From: Eledone cirrhosa
Taxonomy: Eukaryota
DNA: 64,000 nt
Direction: 5' to 3'
Assembly: GCA_964016885.1 (NCBI GenBank)
Contig: OZ024743.1
Location: 172,980,001 to 173,044,000 of the forward strand
Below are positions 1 through 13,152 of this stretch, piece by piece. Position numbers and translations under genes: made by a program. The notes under the pieces were generated by a model. It had not been told where the DNA came from. It ran no database searches and was given only the letters and a program-made list of their open reading frames with translations. Position 1 is the stretch's first letter. Each line of letters starts with the position of its first letter.

Positions 1-300
1 TATGTAAAGTTATGTTGGTGCCGCGCCATCGAGGCCGAAACAAATGAGATCGTGTAGGTGTCACGACAAAAAAACACACAGTCCACGCTGTAATGTGGCC
101 GTGTAGGCAACACGGTAAAAACCTCCCAGACCCACACTGTAAATGTGGTTAGTGTTAGGAAGGGCATCCAACTGTAGAAAACCTGCCAGACAGTCCTATG
201 CGAGCAAGACAATCACTCTTGCCTCAAGTGGGACTACCCCCGTCCAAACCCATGCAAGCGTGGAACACGGACGTTAAACGTTGATGATGATGATGATGAT
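1..300 (+). mobile_element. 3' end of RTE LINE (family A): 3'UTR with (GAT)n tail
   Basis: Reverse complement of 911-1213, the 3'UTR of the RT-encoding element; ends in gatgatgat next to a microsatellite. Confidence 0.9.
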
Positions 301-716
301 ACACATATATACATATACATATATATACATATATATATATACATATATATATACATATATATATATACATGCATATATACATACATATATACATGCATAT
401 ATACATACATATATATATACATACATATATACATACATATATACATATACATATATATATACATACATATATACATACATATATACATATACATATATAT
501 ATACATATATATATACACATATACATACATACATATATATATACATATATATATACACATATTCATACATACATATATATACATATATATATATACATAT
601 ACATATACATATATATATACATATATATATGTATATATATATATACATATATATATGTATATACATATATATGTATATACATATATATATGTATATATAC
701 ATATACATATATATAC

Positions 717-750
<34 letters not shown>

Positions 751-910
751 ACATATATATACATATATATACATACATATATATACATATATATACATAT
801 ATATACATACATATATATACATATACATATATATACATACATATATACATATATATACATACATATATATACATATATACATATATATACATATATACAT
901 ATATATATAT
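301..910. repeat. (TA)n/(TACA)n compound microsatellite
   Basis: Directly visible; source of spurious Y/I/H-rich ORFs. Confidence 0.98.
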
Positions 911-3460
911 ATCATCATCATCATCATCATCAACGTTTAACGTCCGTGTTCCACGCTTGCATGGGTTTGGACGGGGGTAGTCCCACTTGAGGCAAGAGTG
1001 ATTGTCTTGCTCGCATAGGACTGTCTGGCAGGTTTTCTACAGTTGGATGCCCTTCCTAACACCAACCACATTTACAGTGTGGGTCTGGGAGGTTTTTACC
1101 GTGTTGCCTACACGGCCACATTACAGCGTGGACTGTGTGTTTTTTTGTCGTGACACCTACACGATCTCATTTGTTTCGGCCTCGATGGCGCGGCACCAAC
1201 ATAACTTTACATAGAACGGGGTGGTGTGGATCGGGTGGGGGTGGTGGGACGGGGTGTATTTTGTTAGAGATGCCTACTGGCTGGAGTAGGTTTTACTATA
1301 TATTTAGGTAAGGCGGGTCTTCTCTGTTACTGAGTACCGCCAAAGGTCTCGGTCCAGTGACATTGTCTTGGAGAGGTGTAAGTGTGTGATGTCGGAGTTT
1401 ATCAGCTCGTCCCAGGTTTTTCTAGGTCTGCCTATTCCGTGACTACCGTCTATCTTTATTGCCCTGCACTTTGTTATACAGCTATCGACTTTCATGCGCA
1501 TCACGTGTCCATACCAACGTAGCCTTCTCTCGAGTAAACAACATCTGATCCCTCTTATCTCTAATTTATTCCTTAGTTCGTTTATGCTTTGCCGTTCACG
1601 TATATTACTGTTACACATCCAGCGGAGCATGCAAGCTTCGTTCCTCTCTAGTCTGCGTATATCCTCTGCACACAATGCCCAGGTCTCACTGCCATGCAGC
1701 ATTGCTGTTCGTATGCAGGCATCGTACAACCTGCCTTTCATTTTTAGTGAGAACCCTTTAGCAGCTAATAGTGGTATAAGCTCTCTGAACTTTTTCCAAC
1801 CAGTTCTGACTCTAGCTACAGTACTTTCAGAGCACCCTCCCCCACTGCTGATTTTATCGCCCAGGTAACGGAAGCTGTCCACTATTTCTATAGAACCCTC
1901 TGCGCAATTGAAAGAGCTAGTAGTTTGTGGGCACTTGCTGCTACTTATTGCACCAGAGCACCGGCCACATGTAAAATCTATGTTCTTAGTTAGCCTACCT
2001 GTGATCCCACTACATCTTTTATGCACCCATACTTTGCATTTAGGACATAAAATGGAGTTTCTACCTACGCCTTTCCTACACACCGAGCACGACCATTTCC
2101 CAGAAGGGACCGCCGCCTTGTTTTCTTTCCTACAAACTAGTACTTTGGTCTTAGCCAGGTTAATTTTAAGTCCTTTTGACTCTAGGCCGTGCTTCCATGT
2201 TTGGAATTTCTTCTCTAGCTCGGCCATTGATTCCGCTATGAGTGTCAGGTCGTCTGCGTATAGGAGTTCCCATGGGCAGCCTGTCTTGAACTCCTCTGTT
2301 ATGGCCTGAAGGGCAATAATAAATAGTAGTGGACTGAGAACAGAGCCCTGATGGACGCCGACTTTTACGCTAAACTCTTCACTATATTCGTTGTTAATTC
2401 TAACCTTGCTGACTGTTTCTTTATACATGGCTTGTATAGCCCTCACAAGCCATTCGTCAACGCCTAGTTTTCTAAGAGCCCACCAGATAATGGAGCGGGG
2501 GACTCTGTCGAAGGCTTTCTCCAAGTCGACAAAAGCTAAGTAGAGGGGTTTACCTTTAGCTAGGTACTTCTCTTGTAGTTGTCGTACTATGAAAAGAGCG
2601 TCTGTGGTACTTTTGCCTGACACAAACCCGAACTGCATTTCATCTAGGTCAATTCTCTCTCTGATTAGTTGCGCTATTACTCTTTCCGTGACCTTCATGA
2701 CCTGGTCGATTAATTTAATGCCTCTATAGTTACTCCTATCTAGGGCGTCTCCTTTACCCTTATAACAGTTAACGATGATGCTGCTATGCCAGTCCTTCGG
2801 AACAACCCCGTTCTGTACGACTTGGTTAACTATGCGGGTGACCATGGTGTGTCCCACCGTGCCAGATGCCTTCAGCATCTCAGCAACTATTTCCGAAGGC
2901 CCAGCCGCCTTACCAGTCTTCATATCCTTGATTGCCTTACTTATTATACTCCCCTCGACTAACACTGCTGGTCCCTCTATTGGGTCGATATGGGGGAGAC
3001 TGCCTTTCTCCCAATTATTCTCCTCATTTAGAAGCCTTTCATAGTGACACTTCCAAGCTACCTTCTTATCAGCGTCGGTGATGGCAAGTGTGCCATCGTC
3101 GTTTAGTACACACTTCTCCCCGACAATATCACGGTTTTCCTTGACGCATTGCCTAGCAATCCTGAACACCTCACGTTTTTGGTCATCGCGTTGTAGAACA
3201 TGCTTGAACTTTCTTTCCTCAGCTAAGTACACTTGTCTCCTAGCTTCCCTCCTGGCCACTTGATAGTCCTCTCTACTTCCCCCATCCCGCCATACTTTCC
3301 AAGCCTGCTTTTTGGCCTTAATTGACCCCTCCACCTTACTGTTCCACCACCATGTTACTCTCCTCCTGCCTACAGGCCTGCTCCAGCCACAGACCTCGTC
3401 TGTCGCCAACAGCAGGTTTGCTTTCAGAAATTCCCACTCTCCCTCTATATTGTCCGACTC
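911..3460 (-). mobile_element. 5'-truncated young RTE LINE (family A)
   Basis: Uninterrupted RT ORF, ~390-nt 3'UTR and (GAT)n tail; 5' end breaks into (TA)n at ~3461. Confidence 0.95.
1304..3460 (-). CDS. RTE ORF fragment: reverse transcriptase, PHD finger and C-terminal domain (APE missing)
   Basis: Motifs [42 protein letters not shown]4HC3 finger, [15 protein letters not shown]. The ORF-track N-terminus (3461-3553) is microsatellite. Confidence 0.9.
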   Translation of the reverse strand, partial: ESDNIEGEWEFLKANLLLATDEVCGWSRPVGRRRVTWWWNSKVEGSIKAKKQAWKVWRDGGSREDYQVARREARRQVYLAEERKFKHVLQRDDQKREVFRIARQCVKENRDIVGEKCVLNDDGTLAITDADKKVAWKCHYERLLNEENNWEKGSLPHIDPIEGPAVLVEGSIISKAIKDMKTGKAAGPSEIVAEMLKASGTVGHTMVTRIVNQVVQNGVVPKDWHSSIIVNCYKGKGDALDRSNYRGIKLIDQVMKVTERVIAQLIRERIDLDEMQFGFVSGKSTTDALFIVRQLQEKYLAKGKPLYLAFVDLEKAFDRVPRSIIWWALRKLGVDEWLVRAIQAMYKETVSKVRINNEYSEEFSVKVGVHQGSVLSPLLFIIALQAITEEFKTGCPWELLYADDLTLIAESMAELEKKFQTWKHGLESKGLKINLAKTKVLVCRKENKAAVPSGKWSCSVCRKGVGRNSILCPKCKVWVHKRCSGITGRLTKNIDFTCGRCSGAISSSKCPQTTSSFNCAEGSIEIVDSFRYLGDKISSGGGCSESTVARVRTGWKKFRELIPLLAAKGFSLKMKGRLYDACIRTAMLHGSETWALCAEDIRRLERNEACMLRWMCNSNIRERQSINELRNKLEIRGIRCCLLERRLRWYGHVMRMKVDSCITKCRAIKIDGSHGIGRPRKTWDELINSDITHLHLSKTMSLDRDLWRYSVTEKTRLT

Positions 3461-3643
3461 TAAATATACATACATATATATATATACATATACATATATA
3501 TACATATATATATATACATATATATACACATATATACATACATATATATACACATATATACATACATATATGATATATATGTATATATATGTATATATAT
3601 ATATATGTATATATATATGTATATATATATGTATATATATATG

Positions 3644-3674
<31 letters not shown>

Positions 3675-4207
3675 GTATATATAGATATATATGTATATAT
3701 ATATAGATATATATGTATATATATATGTATATATAGATATATATGTATATATATATGTATATATAGATATATATGTATATATATATGTATATATAGATAT
3801 ATATGTATATATATATGTATATATGTATATATATATGTATATATATATATATATGTATATATATATGTATATAGATATATATGTATATATATATGTATAT
3901 GTATATATATATGTATATAGATATGTATATATAGATATATATGTATGAAATATAAGAATCAAAGAACTGCTCAAAACATTATTGTGCTTACAGCTGTTTC
4001 CTCCAAACCGAGGTTTGGATTCTTCGGAGCAATTTATTAATGCATGGACAGTTATATGACCTCCTTTTCAGCCGAGAGACATACCAATACATATTCAAAC
4101 ATTGATACATATTCAAACATATGTATATATATGTATATATATATGTATATAGATATATATGTATATATATATGTATATAGATATATATGTATATATAGAT
4201 ATATATG

Positions 4208-4241
<34 letters not shown>

Positions 4242-4331
4242 TATGTATATATAGATATGTATATATATATGTATATATAGATATGTATATATATATGTAT
4301 ATATATAGATATGTATATATAGATATATATG

Positions 4332-4363
<32 letters not shown>

Positions 4364-4387
4364 GATATGTATATATAGATATATATG

Positions 4388-4419
<32 letters not shown>

Positions 4420-4667
4420 GATATGTATATATAGATATATATGTATATATATATATGTATATATATATATATAGATATGTATATATATATGTATATAGAT
4501 ATATATGTATATATATATGTATATATAGATATATATGTATATATATATGTATATATAGATATATATGTATATATATATATGTATATATATATGTATATGT
4601 ATATATAGATATATATGTATATATATATATGTATATATATATGTATATGTATATATAGATATATATG

Positions 4668-4739
<72 letters not shown>

Positions 4740-4759
4740 TGTATATATAGATATATATG

Positions 4760-4791
<32 letters not shown>

Positions 4792-4815
4792 TGTATACAT
4801 ATATATGCATATATG
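3461..4815. repeat. (TA)n/(TATG/TAGA)n microsatellite with a ~175-bp unique island at 3946-4120
   Basis: Directly visible. Confidence 0.95.
3985..4031 (-). ncRNA. Minimal type I hammerhead ribozyme (U4C core variant)
   Basis: Minus strand UGCU-CCGAAGA-A-UCCAAAC-CUCG-GUUUGGA-G-GAAA-CAGCUG-UA^-AGCA: helix I 4 bp, helix II 7 bp, palindromic helix III ACAGCUGU. Confidence 0.75.
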
Positions 4816-4819
4816 CAAA

Positions 4820-6167
4820 AGTTTTATTTAAAATTGTAGTAGATGTTTAAATAACTATAATTTACAATTATATATTTTTACCTGATTTTTTTTTGTTAAA
4901 TTTGACTTTTATGGGCAGGTGAAATTAATTAACAGGTGTAAAAGTAATAACTTTATGGATAAACACAAAAATTTAAACTTTATCTGCCTTATCTGTTAGA
5001 TTTGTTGCAAAAAAATCCAATAATGACCTAGATGCTGATTTCCATCAATTCTAGCAGTTTTCTGAACAGGTGAATTAATTAAAAATGCAGGTGTAATCAG
5101 TACACGGTTTTAGTCTTTCTCTACATTCCAGGCAAATATTTTCATTGAAAAAAATGTATAAAACCTTTTCACCGGTCAAAATAATATTGGCAATGTACTC
5201 TGTAAATGTACGGTGTAAAATTACGTAATAGAAAGTTCCCAATATATAAGTTTATACACACTTTTAAATTTTTCTGACAATATTTCAATTAATGGTCGTA
5301 CTTTGTACAGTGGGTCGTAATTTGATTCATTTCTACCAGGGGCATTTGAAGTATCAACCAGATGCAAATACTGGTTTAATTTAATGAATCTCGTTTTTGC
5401 CATAATACTAGATATATAAGGGTCACCAAACCTTATATCAGTACTCCAATAATTCCACAGTCGTGGAAATTGTTTAATACCAAACATAATATTTATGGTA
5501 AAAAACGCTTTCATTTCGGCAGAATCTGTCGGACAACATAACAGATCGGGTTTTCCGATATTAGAAATTTGTTGTTGTGCATAGCGATTTGCCACAACTT
5601 CGAAGAAAGATTGTGGTAAAAATAAAAAATAATAATCCAGTGCTTTAGCATCGGGTGGTAATGTGTGTTGTGGTCCAATATTTTCAGTAAAATCCGAAAC
5701 ATGTATCGATGTTGTTTCTTTCAACCACGTTGCTACTTTTTCAATGGTGTCAGTCAAATCTTCTCTTTCACTTTCAAAGTAACTATCATCATTATCAGAT
5801 ATATCAGAAATAAATATATCTGATTCGTTTGAAGATAAATCACTGATATTATCTTCTGTTTCTTTTTGATCTTGAATGTCGTCGGACGTAAAACCTTCAA
5901 ATTCGTTGTCGCTACTTTCGGAAGCCATGTTACACTTTCAACGTTAAAAACACGTGTTATCGCAAGTTCTTTAACTATACTAAGAGTTAATTTTCGCGCG
6001 TAAGGGCTTTATCTCGCAGTAATCTCGAATTGACGAGATTTCGATGATGTCAATGTTTATTTTTAGAAGGAAATCTCCGTGTGGTATTAAATGTCGGTTT
6101 TTGTCGGTTTGAATAAATGAAAGGGGACATAATCTTGTCGGTTTTTGTCGCTTTGAATGCTAAAGGG
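4820..6167 (-). mobile_element. Internally deleted piggyBac transposon (PGBD4-like N-terminus)
   Basis: Minus-strand end TTAA|CCCTTTAG at 6167; ORF 5221-5928 with acidic N-terminus and YWS..., RF..LNQYLH, YDPLYKVRPLI; 3' terminus not found. Confidence 0.8.
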
Positions 6168-6171
6168 TTAA

Positions 6172-8323
6172 CAGGTGAATGCAGGTGTTTTTGTATATAA
6201 TATGTTGCAATATATTTTTTAAATATTGTCGGACAATATTTTTATCATGATATTGGCCAAAACAGCCTTTACATAATGGTACTTTGCAAAAGGAACACAT
6301 AAACAAAGTTTCAATTCGATAACCTTTAGCAGTTTTTCTCTTTTGCAAAGAACACATTCGGCAAACCTTCTACCCATCAATTTTCTCCACTTTATGAAAA
6401 TCAATATTTTCTTTGTTCACCTCAGATAATTTTGACTTTCTCCCAGCTTTGTGTTTGTGAGAAGTATATCGTCTATGTAGCTGAGATGCGACGTCCACAC
6501 AAAATTTCATGTGGCAGTAGTCCTTTGGTGGTGGCGGATCCTTGTGGCTGTTAGTGAATACAATAAAAGAATTCACAATGGTCGAATTCACTTTAAAAAA
6601 AAACATTTTTTTCCAGGGCGTCCAAGTGGGTAATACACACAATATTGGTCGGAGTTGTCAACTCCGCCCATATATTTATTATAGGAGAGGTTGACTAAAG
6701 GTTTACCTTCAGCCCCAACACCTGGTTGTTGCTTAGAAGATAGGAACAAAATTTGCCATTTATCTTTGTACAATGTGGCTAACATGTTCCCTTTTTGCAC
6801 TTGAAGAATGTCCTCTCTCTTTTGTGACTTTTATTCCTTGGGGTAGCCCTTTGCGATTCCCCATTATTGTACCACAGGTGTACGTATTTATGAGGGCAAG
6901 ATCCTCTGCTAGAAGCACTGAAGAAAAAAACGGTCAAAATATGTGTCTGTGTTGAGAGTGGAATGGTTCAGTCAGAGACCACACAACATCGTATCCCAAT
7001 CCTTTTTTTCTCTCTCCATTGTGTTTCTTTCCTGTGTAAACATCAAAGTTTGCACAGTTAGCCTGTGTTCGATTCACAGAGTTCCCACACCTTGATGCTC
7101 CATTTAGTGGGTTTAGCTGGCATATATTGTCTGAATGTACTCTACCCTTATACCCAATCATAGCTTCATCAACACTAAGATTTTTCCCAGGTATATATAC
7201 TGTTTTAAATTTTTCAGATAGCATTTTAATTAATTGTTTCTACTTTTTGGCACAAGGCCAGCAATTACTCAGTGCATTACTGGTACTTTATTTTATCGAC
7301 CCCGTAAGGATGAAAGGCAAAGTTAACCTCGGCGGGATTTGAACTCGGAATGGCAAGGGCCGCAACTCTATGCGTCAAACCATGGCGTTCGACTCTCTAC
7401 CGATATTGCCAATCCAACGCTGTTGGATAGCATTTTAATTAATGGTCGAACTTTATACAGAGGGTCATAATTCAATTCATTCTACCTGGGGGCATTTGAA
7501 GTATCAACCAGGTGCAAATACTGGTTTAATTTTAAATACCTTGTTTTTGTCATAATACTTGATATATAAGGGTCACTAAACCTTATATCAGTGCTCCACT
7601 AATTCCACAATCTTGGAAATTGTTTTATACCAAACATAATATTTATGGTAAAAAATGCTTGCATCTCCACAGCATCTGTCGGTCGCCATAACAGATCGGG
7701 TTTTCTTCGATTTGAAATCTGTTGTTGGGCATATCGATTAATCTCTTCTGCCACAACTTCGAAAAAAGTTTGTAGCAAAAGAAATAATCCAGAGCTTTAG
7801 CATCGAGAGATGTGTGTTGTGGACCAGTATTTTCAATAAAATCGGAACATGTATTGGTGTGGCATTTTTCGACCACGTTGCTGTAATATTTTCAATGGCA
7901 TCCTGGAGATCTCCTTCTCTTTCAAAACAACAATCATCATCGGATGAAATTTCAGAAATATAAACATCAGATTCATTTGAAGATAAATCACTAATATTAT
8001 CTTTTGTTTCTTGTTCATTTTGAATGTCGTCGTGTGTAAAACCTTCAAGGTCAGTATTGCTACTTTCATTAGCCATGTTGATACACACAAAAAATCTGTT
8101 CTACTTTCAACGTAAAGAAAACGTGTTGTTTCAAGTAGTTTCACTATATTAAGTGTTAATTTTCGCATTAAGGGCCTAATCTCGAATTGACGAGATTTTG
8201 ATGATGGTATTGTTTATTTTTAGAACTATTTTAGTGTGGGTGTTATTGGCTGTTTTTGGCCGGTTTGAACAAATGAAGGGGAAATAATTGCGGCCGGTTT
8301 GGGCCGTTTTGAACACTAAAGGG
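6172..8323 (-). mobile_element. Degenerate piggyBac transposon (DDD transposase pseudogene with C-terminal Cys-rich domain)
   Basis: TTAA|CCCTTTAG at 8323; fragments LSVDEAMIGYKGR, YNKYMGGVDNSDQ, CSFCKVPLCKGCFGQYH; frameshifts; paralogous to 4820-6167. Confidence 0.88.
7235..7425 (-). mobile_element. tRNA-derived SINE inserted in piggyBac, with 18-bp TSD
   Basis: A/B boxes on minus (TGGCAATATCGG, GAGTTCAAATCC); gatagcattttaattaat at 7217-7234 and 7426-7443; same family as 18848-19037. Confidence 0.85.
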
Positions 8324-8559
8324 TTAAACCCTTCTAGAATCTAACTTTTCTCTCTCGGAAGTTTGTTCTGTCCAAAACTTTTTGTTATTATTTATTATCT
8401 CTCACACGTAAATATGCTTACATCTGCTAAAGTTGCACATTTCAATCCCACCCACCCACAAACACCACCATTGTTATCTGGGCCAATCAAAACTCAGCAG
8501 TTTATAGTAAGGTTTCTAACACAAATCTCTATTGCAAAGCCACTGCTTCGGCTACTACT

Positions 8560-11500
8560 CCTGAGCACACAATGACAATGATAAAGATAAATTCACCTCC
8601 TGCTACCGACAACAATACAAGCACTCCTATTTATTTCAGACATGGAAGGCCAACATAATTCCGTCTCTTGCGCCCCCATCCCATCCCTTCCATCCACCTA
8701 GCGAAATCCAAAGCTTCAGAGTTCGTACCAGGAATGTAGGTGCATTGAAAGGTCACTCAGATGAGGTTGTAGAGATGTTTGAATGTAAGGAAGTTGATGT
8801 TTGTTGTGTTAAAGAGACTAGGAGGAGGGGTGAGTCTGCTAGATTCATTGTGGATAAAAAACGATGCTATAAACTTTTTTGGATGGGAAATGACTGGGTA
8901 AAGTAGGAATTATGTTAGCATAAAAATGAGTAGATAAGGTAATTGCCGTAAATAGAGTGAATGCCAGAATAATTAAAATAAGACTAGTTCTAAATAGAAC
9001 AACTGTGTCAATAATATCTGCTTATGCACCCCAATCTGGCCTACCTGATGTTATAAAGGACAGGTTCAATGAGTCGCTAATGCTCACTACCTCCCAAATA
9101 ACCAACAGTGACTACATAATTACTGCTGGCAACCTTAATGGTCACGTTGAACAACATTGTGATGGCTATGACGGAATCCATGGAGGCTATGGGTTTGGTA
9201 CTAGAAATGAGGAAGGCTTTAGGATCCTGGAATTCTATGATGCTAATAACCTAACTCTCTGTAACACAAACTTCAAAACATGAGACAATCACTTGATCAC
9301 CTATAGATCACGGGAACACGCCAGCCAGATAGATTATATCCTTACTAGAAGACGTGACAGAGTGTCTGTTGTAAACACTAAGTCCCTCCTTTGTGAAGAA
9401 TGCACCTCCCAACATAGCCTCATAGTTAGTGACCTTATAATCAGAACTAGATGTACAAAGACGACAGAGGACTACCTTGAGGAGAAGAATAGGAAAGTTG
9501 AAGGACTCCACAGCCAGTGACAAATTTAAAAGCATATTACTTGATGCTTTTGACAGTAAGGAAGAGCAATTAGAGACGTACAATATAGAGGAACAGTGGG
9601 AATTCCTGAAAGTTGACCTGCTGAAGGCAACAGATGAAACCTATGGCTGGAGCAGACCTTTAGGCAGAAGGAGAGTAACTTGGTGGTGGAACAGTAAGGT
9701 GGAGGAGACAATCAAGGCAAAATAGCAGGCTTGGAAAGAATGGCAAGATGGGAGAAGTAGAGGACACTATCAGGTGGCTAGGAGAGAAGCTTTGCAAGAA
9801 GGGAAGCAGAGGATAGAAAGTTCAAGCATGTTCTACAATGTGAGGACCAAAAACGTGCGGTGTTCAGGACTACAGGACAATGTGTCAAAGAAAACTGTGA
9901 TATTGTCAGGGAGAAGTGTCTGTAATGATGATGGTGTACTTATCACTGATACTGATAAGAAGGTAGCTTGGAAGTGTCACTACGAGAGACTACTAAATGA
10001 GGAGAATGAATGGAATAAAGATAAAGATAGAAAGTTCAAGCATGTTCTACAGCATGAGGACCAAAAAGCTGAGGTGTTCAGAACTGCAAGACATTGTGTC
10101 AAGGAAAACTGATATTGTCGGGGAGAAGTATGTCCATAATGATGATGGTGTACTTGCCCTCACTGATACTGATGATAAGAAGGTAGCTTGGAAGTGTCAC
10201 TACGAGAGACTATTAAATGAGGAGAATGAATGGGATAAAGATAGTCTGCCCCAAATCGATCCAACAGAGAGACCAGCTGTGAAAGTTAATGGTAGTAAAA
10301 TAAGTTAGGCAATCAAAGATATAAAGACAGGCAAGGCAGCTAGGCCACTGTAGATAGTTGCTGAAATGTTGAAAGCATCTGGAATGGTGGGACATACTAT
10401 GGTCACCCAGATAGTAAACCAAGTAATACAGAATGGGGTCATACCAAATGACTGGCGTAGCAGCATCATTGTCAACTATTACAACGGCAGAGGAGACGCT
10501 CTAGATAGAGAAAACTATAGAGGCACTAAGTTAGTTGATCAGGTCATGAAGGTCGCAGAAAGAGTTATTGCATAACTAATTAGAGACCGAATTGATGTAG
10601 ATGAAATGTAATTTGGGTTTGTGCCAGGTAAAAGTACCACGGATACTCTCTTCCTTGTACGACAACTACAGAAGTACCTAGCTAAAAGTAAACCCCTCTA
10701 CTTGGCTTTTGTTGACTTGGAGAAAGCCTTTGAGAGAGTCCCCCACTCCATTATCTCGTAAGCTCTTAGAAAACTAGGAGTAGATGAATGACTTGTGAGA
10801 GCTATACAAGTCATGTATAGAGGAACAGTCAGCAAGGTTAGAATTAACAATGAATATAGTGAAGAATTTAACGTCAAAGTAGGTGTTCATCAAGGTTCTG
10901 TCCTTAGCCCCCTCCTGTTTATTATTGCCCTACAGCCTATAACAGAAGAGTTTAAGGCCAGCTGCCCATGGGAACTTCTATATGCAGATGATCTAACTCT
11001 GGCTGAACTAGAGAAGAAATTCCAAACATGGCCTAGAATCAAAAGGCGTTAGGGTTAACTTGTCTAAGACTAAAGTTCTAGTATGTAGAAAGTAAAATAG
11101 GGCACAGGTGCCCTCTGGGAAATGGCCATGCTCAGTGTGTAGGAAAGGAGTAGGTAGAAATTCCATTCTATGCCCCAAATGAAAACTATGGGTATGTAAA
11201 AGATGTAGTGGGATCACAAGCAAGAAATCTAAGAATGTAGATTTTATATGTGGCCGATGCTCAGGTGCTGTAAGTAGCAAGTGCCCTCTGGATACTAGTT
11301 CCTTCAGCTGTCCAGATGTTTCTATAGGAATAGTAGACACTGTCCATTACCTGGGTGACAAAATCAGTAGTGGAGGAGGGTACTCTGAAAGTACAGTAGC
11401 CAGAGTTAGAACGGGAAGGAAAAAGTTCAGAGAGCTAATTCCACTGTTGGCCACAAAAGGTTTCTCTCTAAAAATGAAAAGCAGATTGTATGATGCTTGT

Positions 11501-12128
11501 TTACGAACAACAATGTTAGATGGCAGTGAGACATGGGCATTGTGTGCAGAGGACCTGCACAGATTGGAAAGGAACGAAGCATTCATGCTCCGTTAGATGT
11601 GTAATAATAATATGCATGAACGGCAAAACAAACGAACCAAGTGAGAAATTAGGAATAAGAGGGATAAGATGCAGATTACATTGGTATGGTCATGTGATGT
11701 GCATGTAAGATGACAGCTGTATAAAAAAGTGCAGGGCGATCAAAATTGATGGAAGCTATGGAGTAGGTAGACCCAGAAAAAACTGGTACGACATAATAAA
11801 ATCTGACCTTGCACACTTACACCTCTCTAAGACAATGTCACTGGATCGAGACCTTTGGCGCTACGCAGTAATACAGAAGACTCGCCTTCCCTTACGCATG
11901 AAGTTAAACCTACAGTCAGTAGGCACCTCATGTAGGAGACACGGTAAAAATGCTCCCAGTCCGCACTGTAAATGTGGTTAGTGTTAGGAAGGGCATCCAG
12001 CCGTAAAAAACCTGCCAGATACAGTTGTATACGAGTGAGACACAGTCACCTGACCAATCTTGCCTCAAGTGGGACAATTCCTGTCTAACCAATGCTAGCG
12101 TGGAAGATAGACGTTAGATGATGATGAT
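8560..12128 (+). mobile_element. Near full-length degenerate RTE LINE (family A; APE + RT)
   Basis: APE fragments (IISAYAPQ, AGNLNGHV, SQIDYIL), RT fragments (LLYADD), many stops, internal ~215-bp tandem duplication (~9810-10240), (GAT)n tail. Confidence 0.9.
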
Positions 12129-12135
12129 GTTTGGC

Positions 12136-13152
12136 TCTGAGCCCACTACTATTCATTATAGTTCTACAGGGTATAACAGAAGAGTTTAAAAATGACTGCC
12201 CATGGAAACTTCTCTATGCTGATGATCTAGTCCTTATAACTGAATTCATTAAAGAACTAGAAAATAAGTTCCGACTATGGAAACAGTATTTGGAAGAGTA
12301 AACTTAGCCAAAACGAAAGTGCTAGTGAATAGGAGAGAAGGTAAATATATAGAAATGGAGTAGGCATAAACTCCATTCGAAATATAATGTAAATCTTGGG
12401 TACACAAAAGATGTAGTGGGATAACGGGTTGACTAACAGAAAGAGAAGTCTGCATGTAGAAGATGCACAGGATTAACCAAGGGGAAGAGAACCAGTGATG
12501 TAAACCTATTCCATTCTCAGGAAGGACCTATAGAAGTGGTTGATAGTTTCTGCTATCTAGGCAACATAATTAGCAATGGAGTGGCGGATGGTCTGAGAGC
12601 ATAATAACTAAAATAATGATAGGATGGAAAAGGTTTAGGGAGCTACTCCCACTGTTGACCACAAAAGCTTTCTATCCATGTACAAAAGGACGATTGAATG
12701 ACACCTGTGTGCAAAGTGTGATACTGTATGATAGTGAAATATGGGTTGTGACTTGTAGAGGACATGCATAGATAAATGGACTGGAGATAAATGAAGCAAC
12801 CATGCTCCATTGGATGTACAATGTTAGTGTGAGAGAAAGGCAGTGCTGGACAAACTGGGTTTAAGAGAAATCTGAGGTGGTGTGCAGGAGAGAAGACTGC
12901 GTTGGTATGAACATGTGATGAGCATAGTCAATGATTGTTGGATGTAGAAGTACCAGGAAATGCACGTGGAAGGAAGCTGCAGTCGAGGTAGACAAAGAAA
13001 GACCTGGGAAGAGGTGGTGAGAGCTGACCTCAAATCACAGACTCACAGAAGTGATTATGAAGGAACATGAGTGGAGAGATGTCATTCTGAGAAGGGCCTG
13101 TCTAACTCATGCAAGCATGGAAAAACACGTAAAAACAATGATGATGATGATA
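12136..13152 (+). mobile_element. Degenerate RTE 3' fragment (family B-like)
   Basis: tatgctgatgat (YADD) at ~12216, PHD remnant, ends in atgatgatgat. Confidence 0.75.

Noticed and set aside
1494-3263. Antisense ORFs over RTE elements (also 24723, 52351, 52953)
   Set aside because: Shadow frames of the RT coding strand with no independent signal
224-4850. Many long Y/I/H/M/C-rich ORFs (also near 16500, 18200, 20400, 43140, 48400, 57300)
   Set aside because: Translations of TA/CA microsatellites, which lack stop codons
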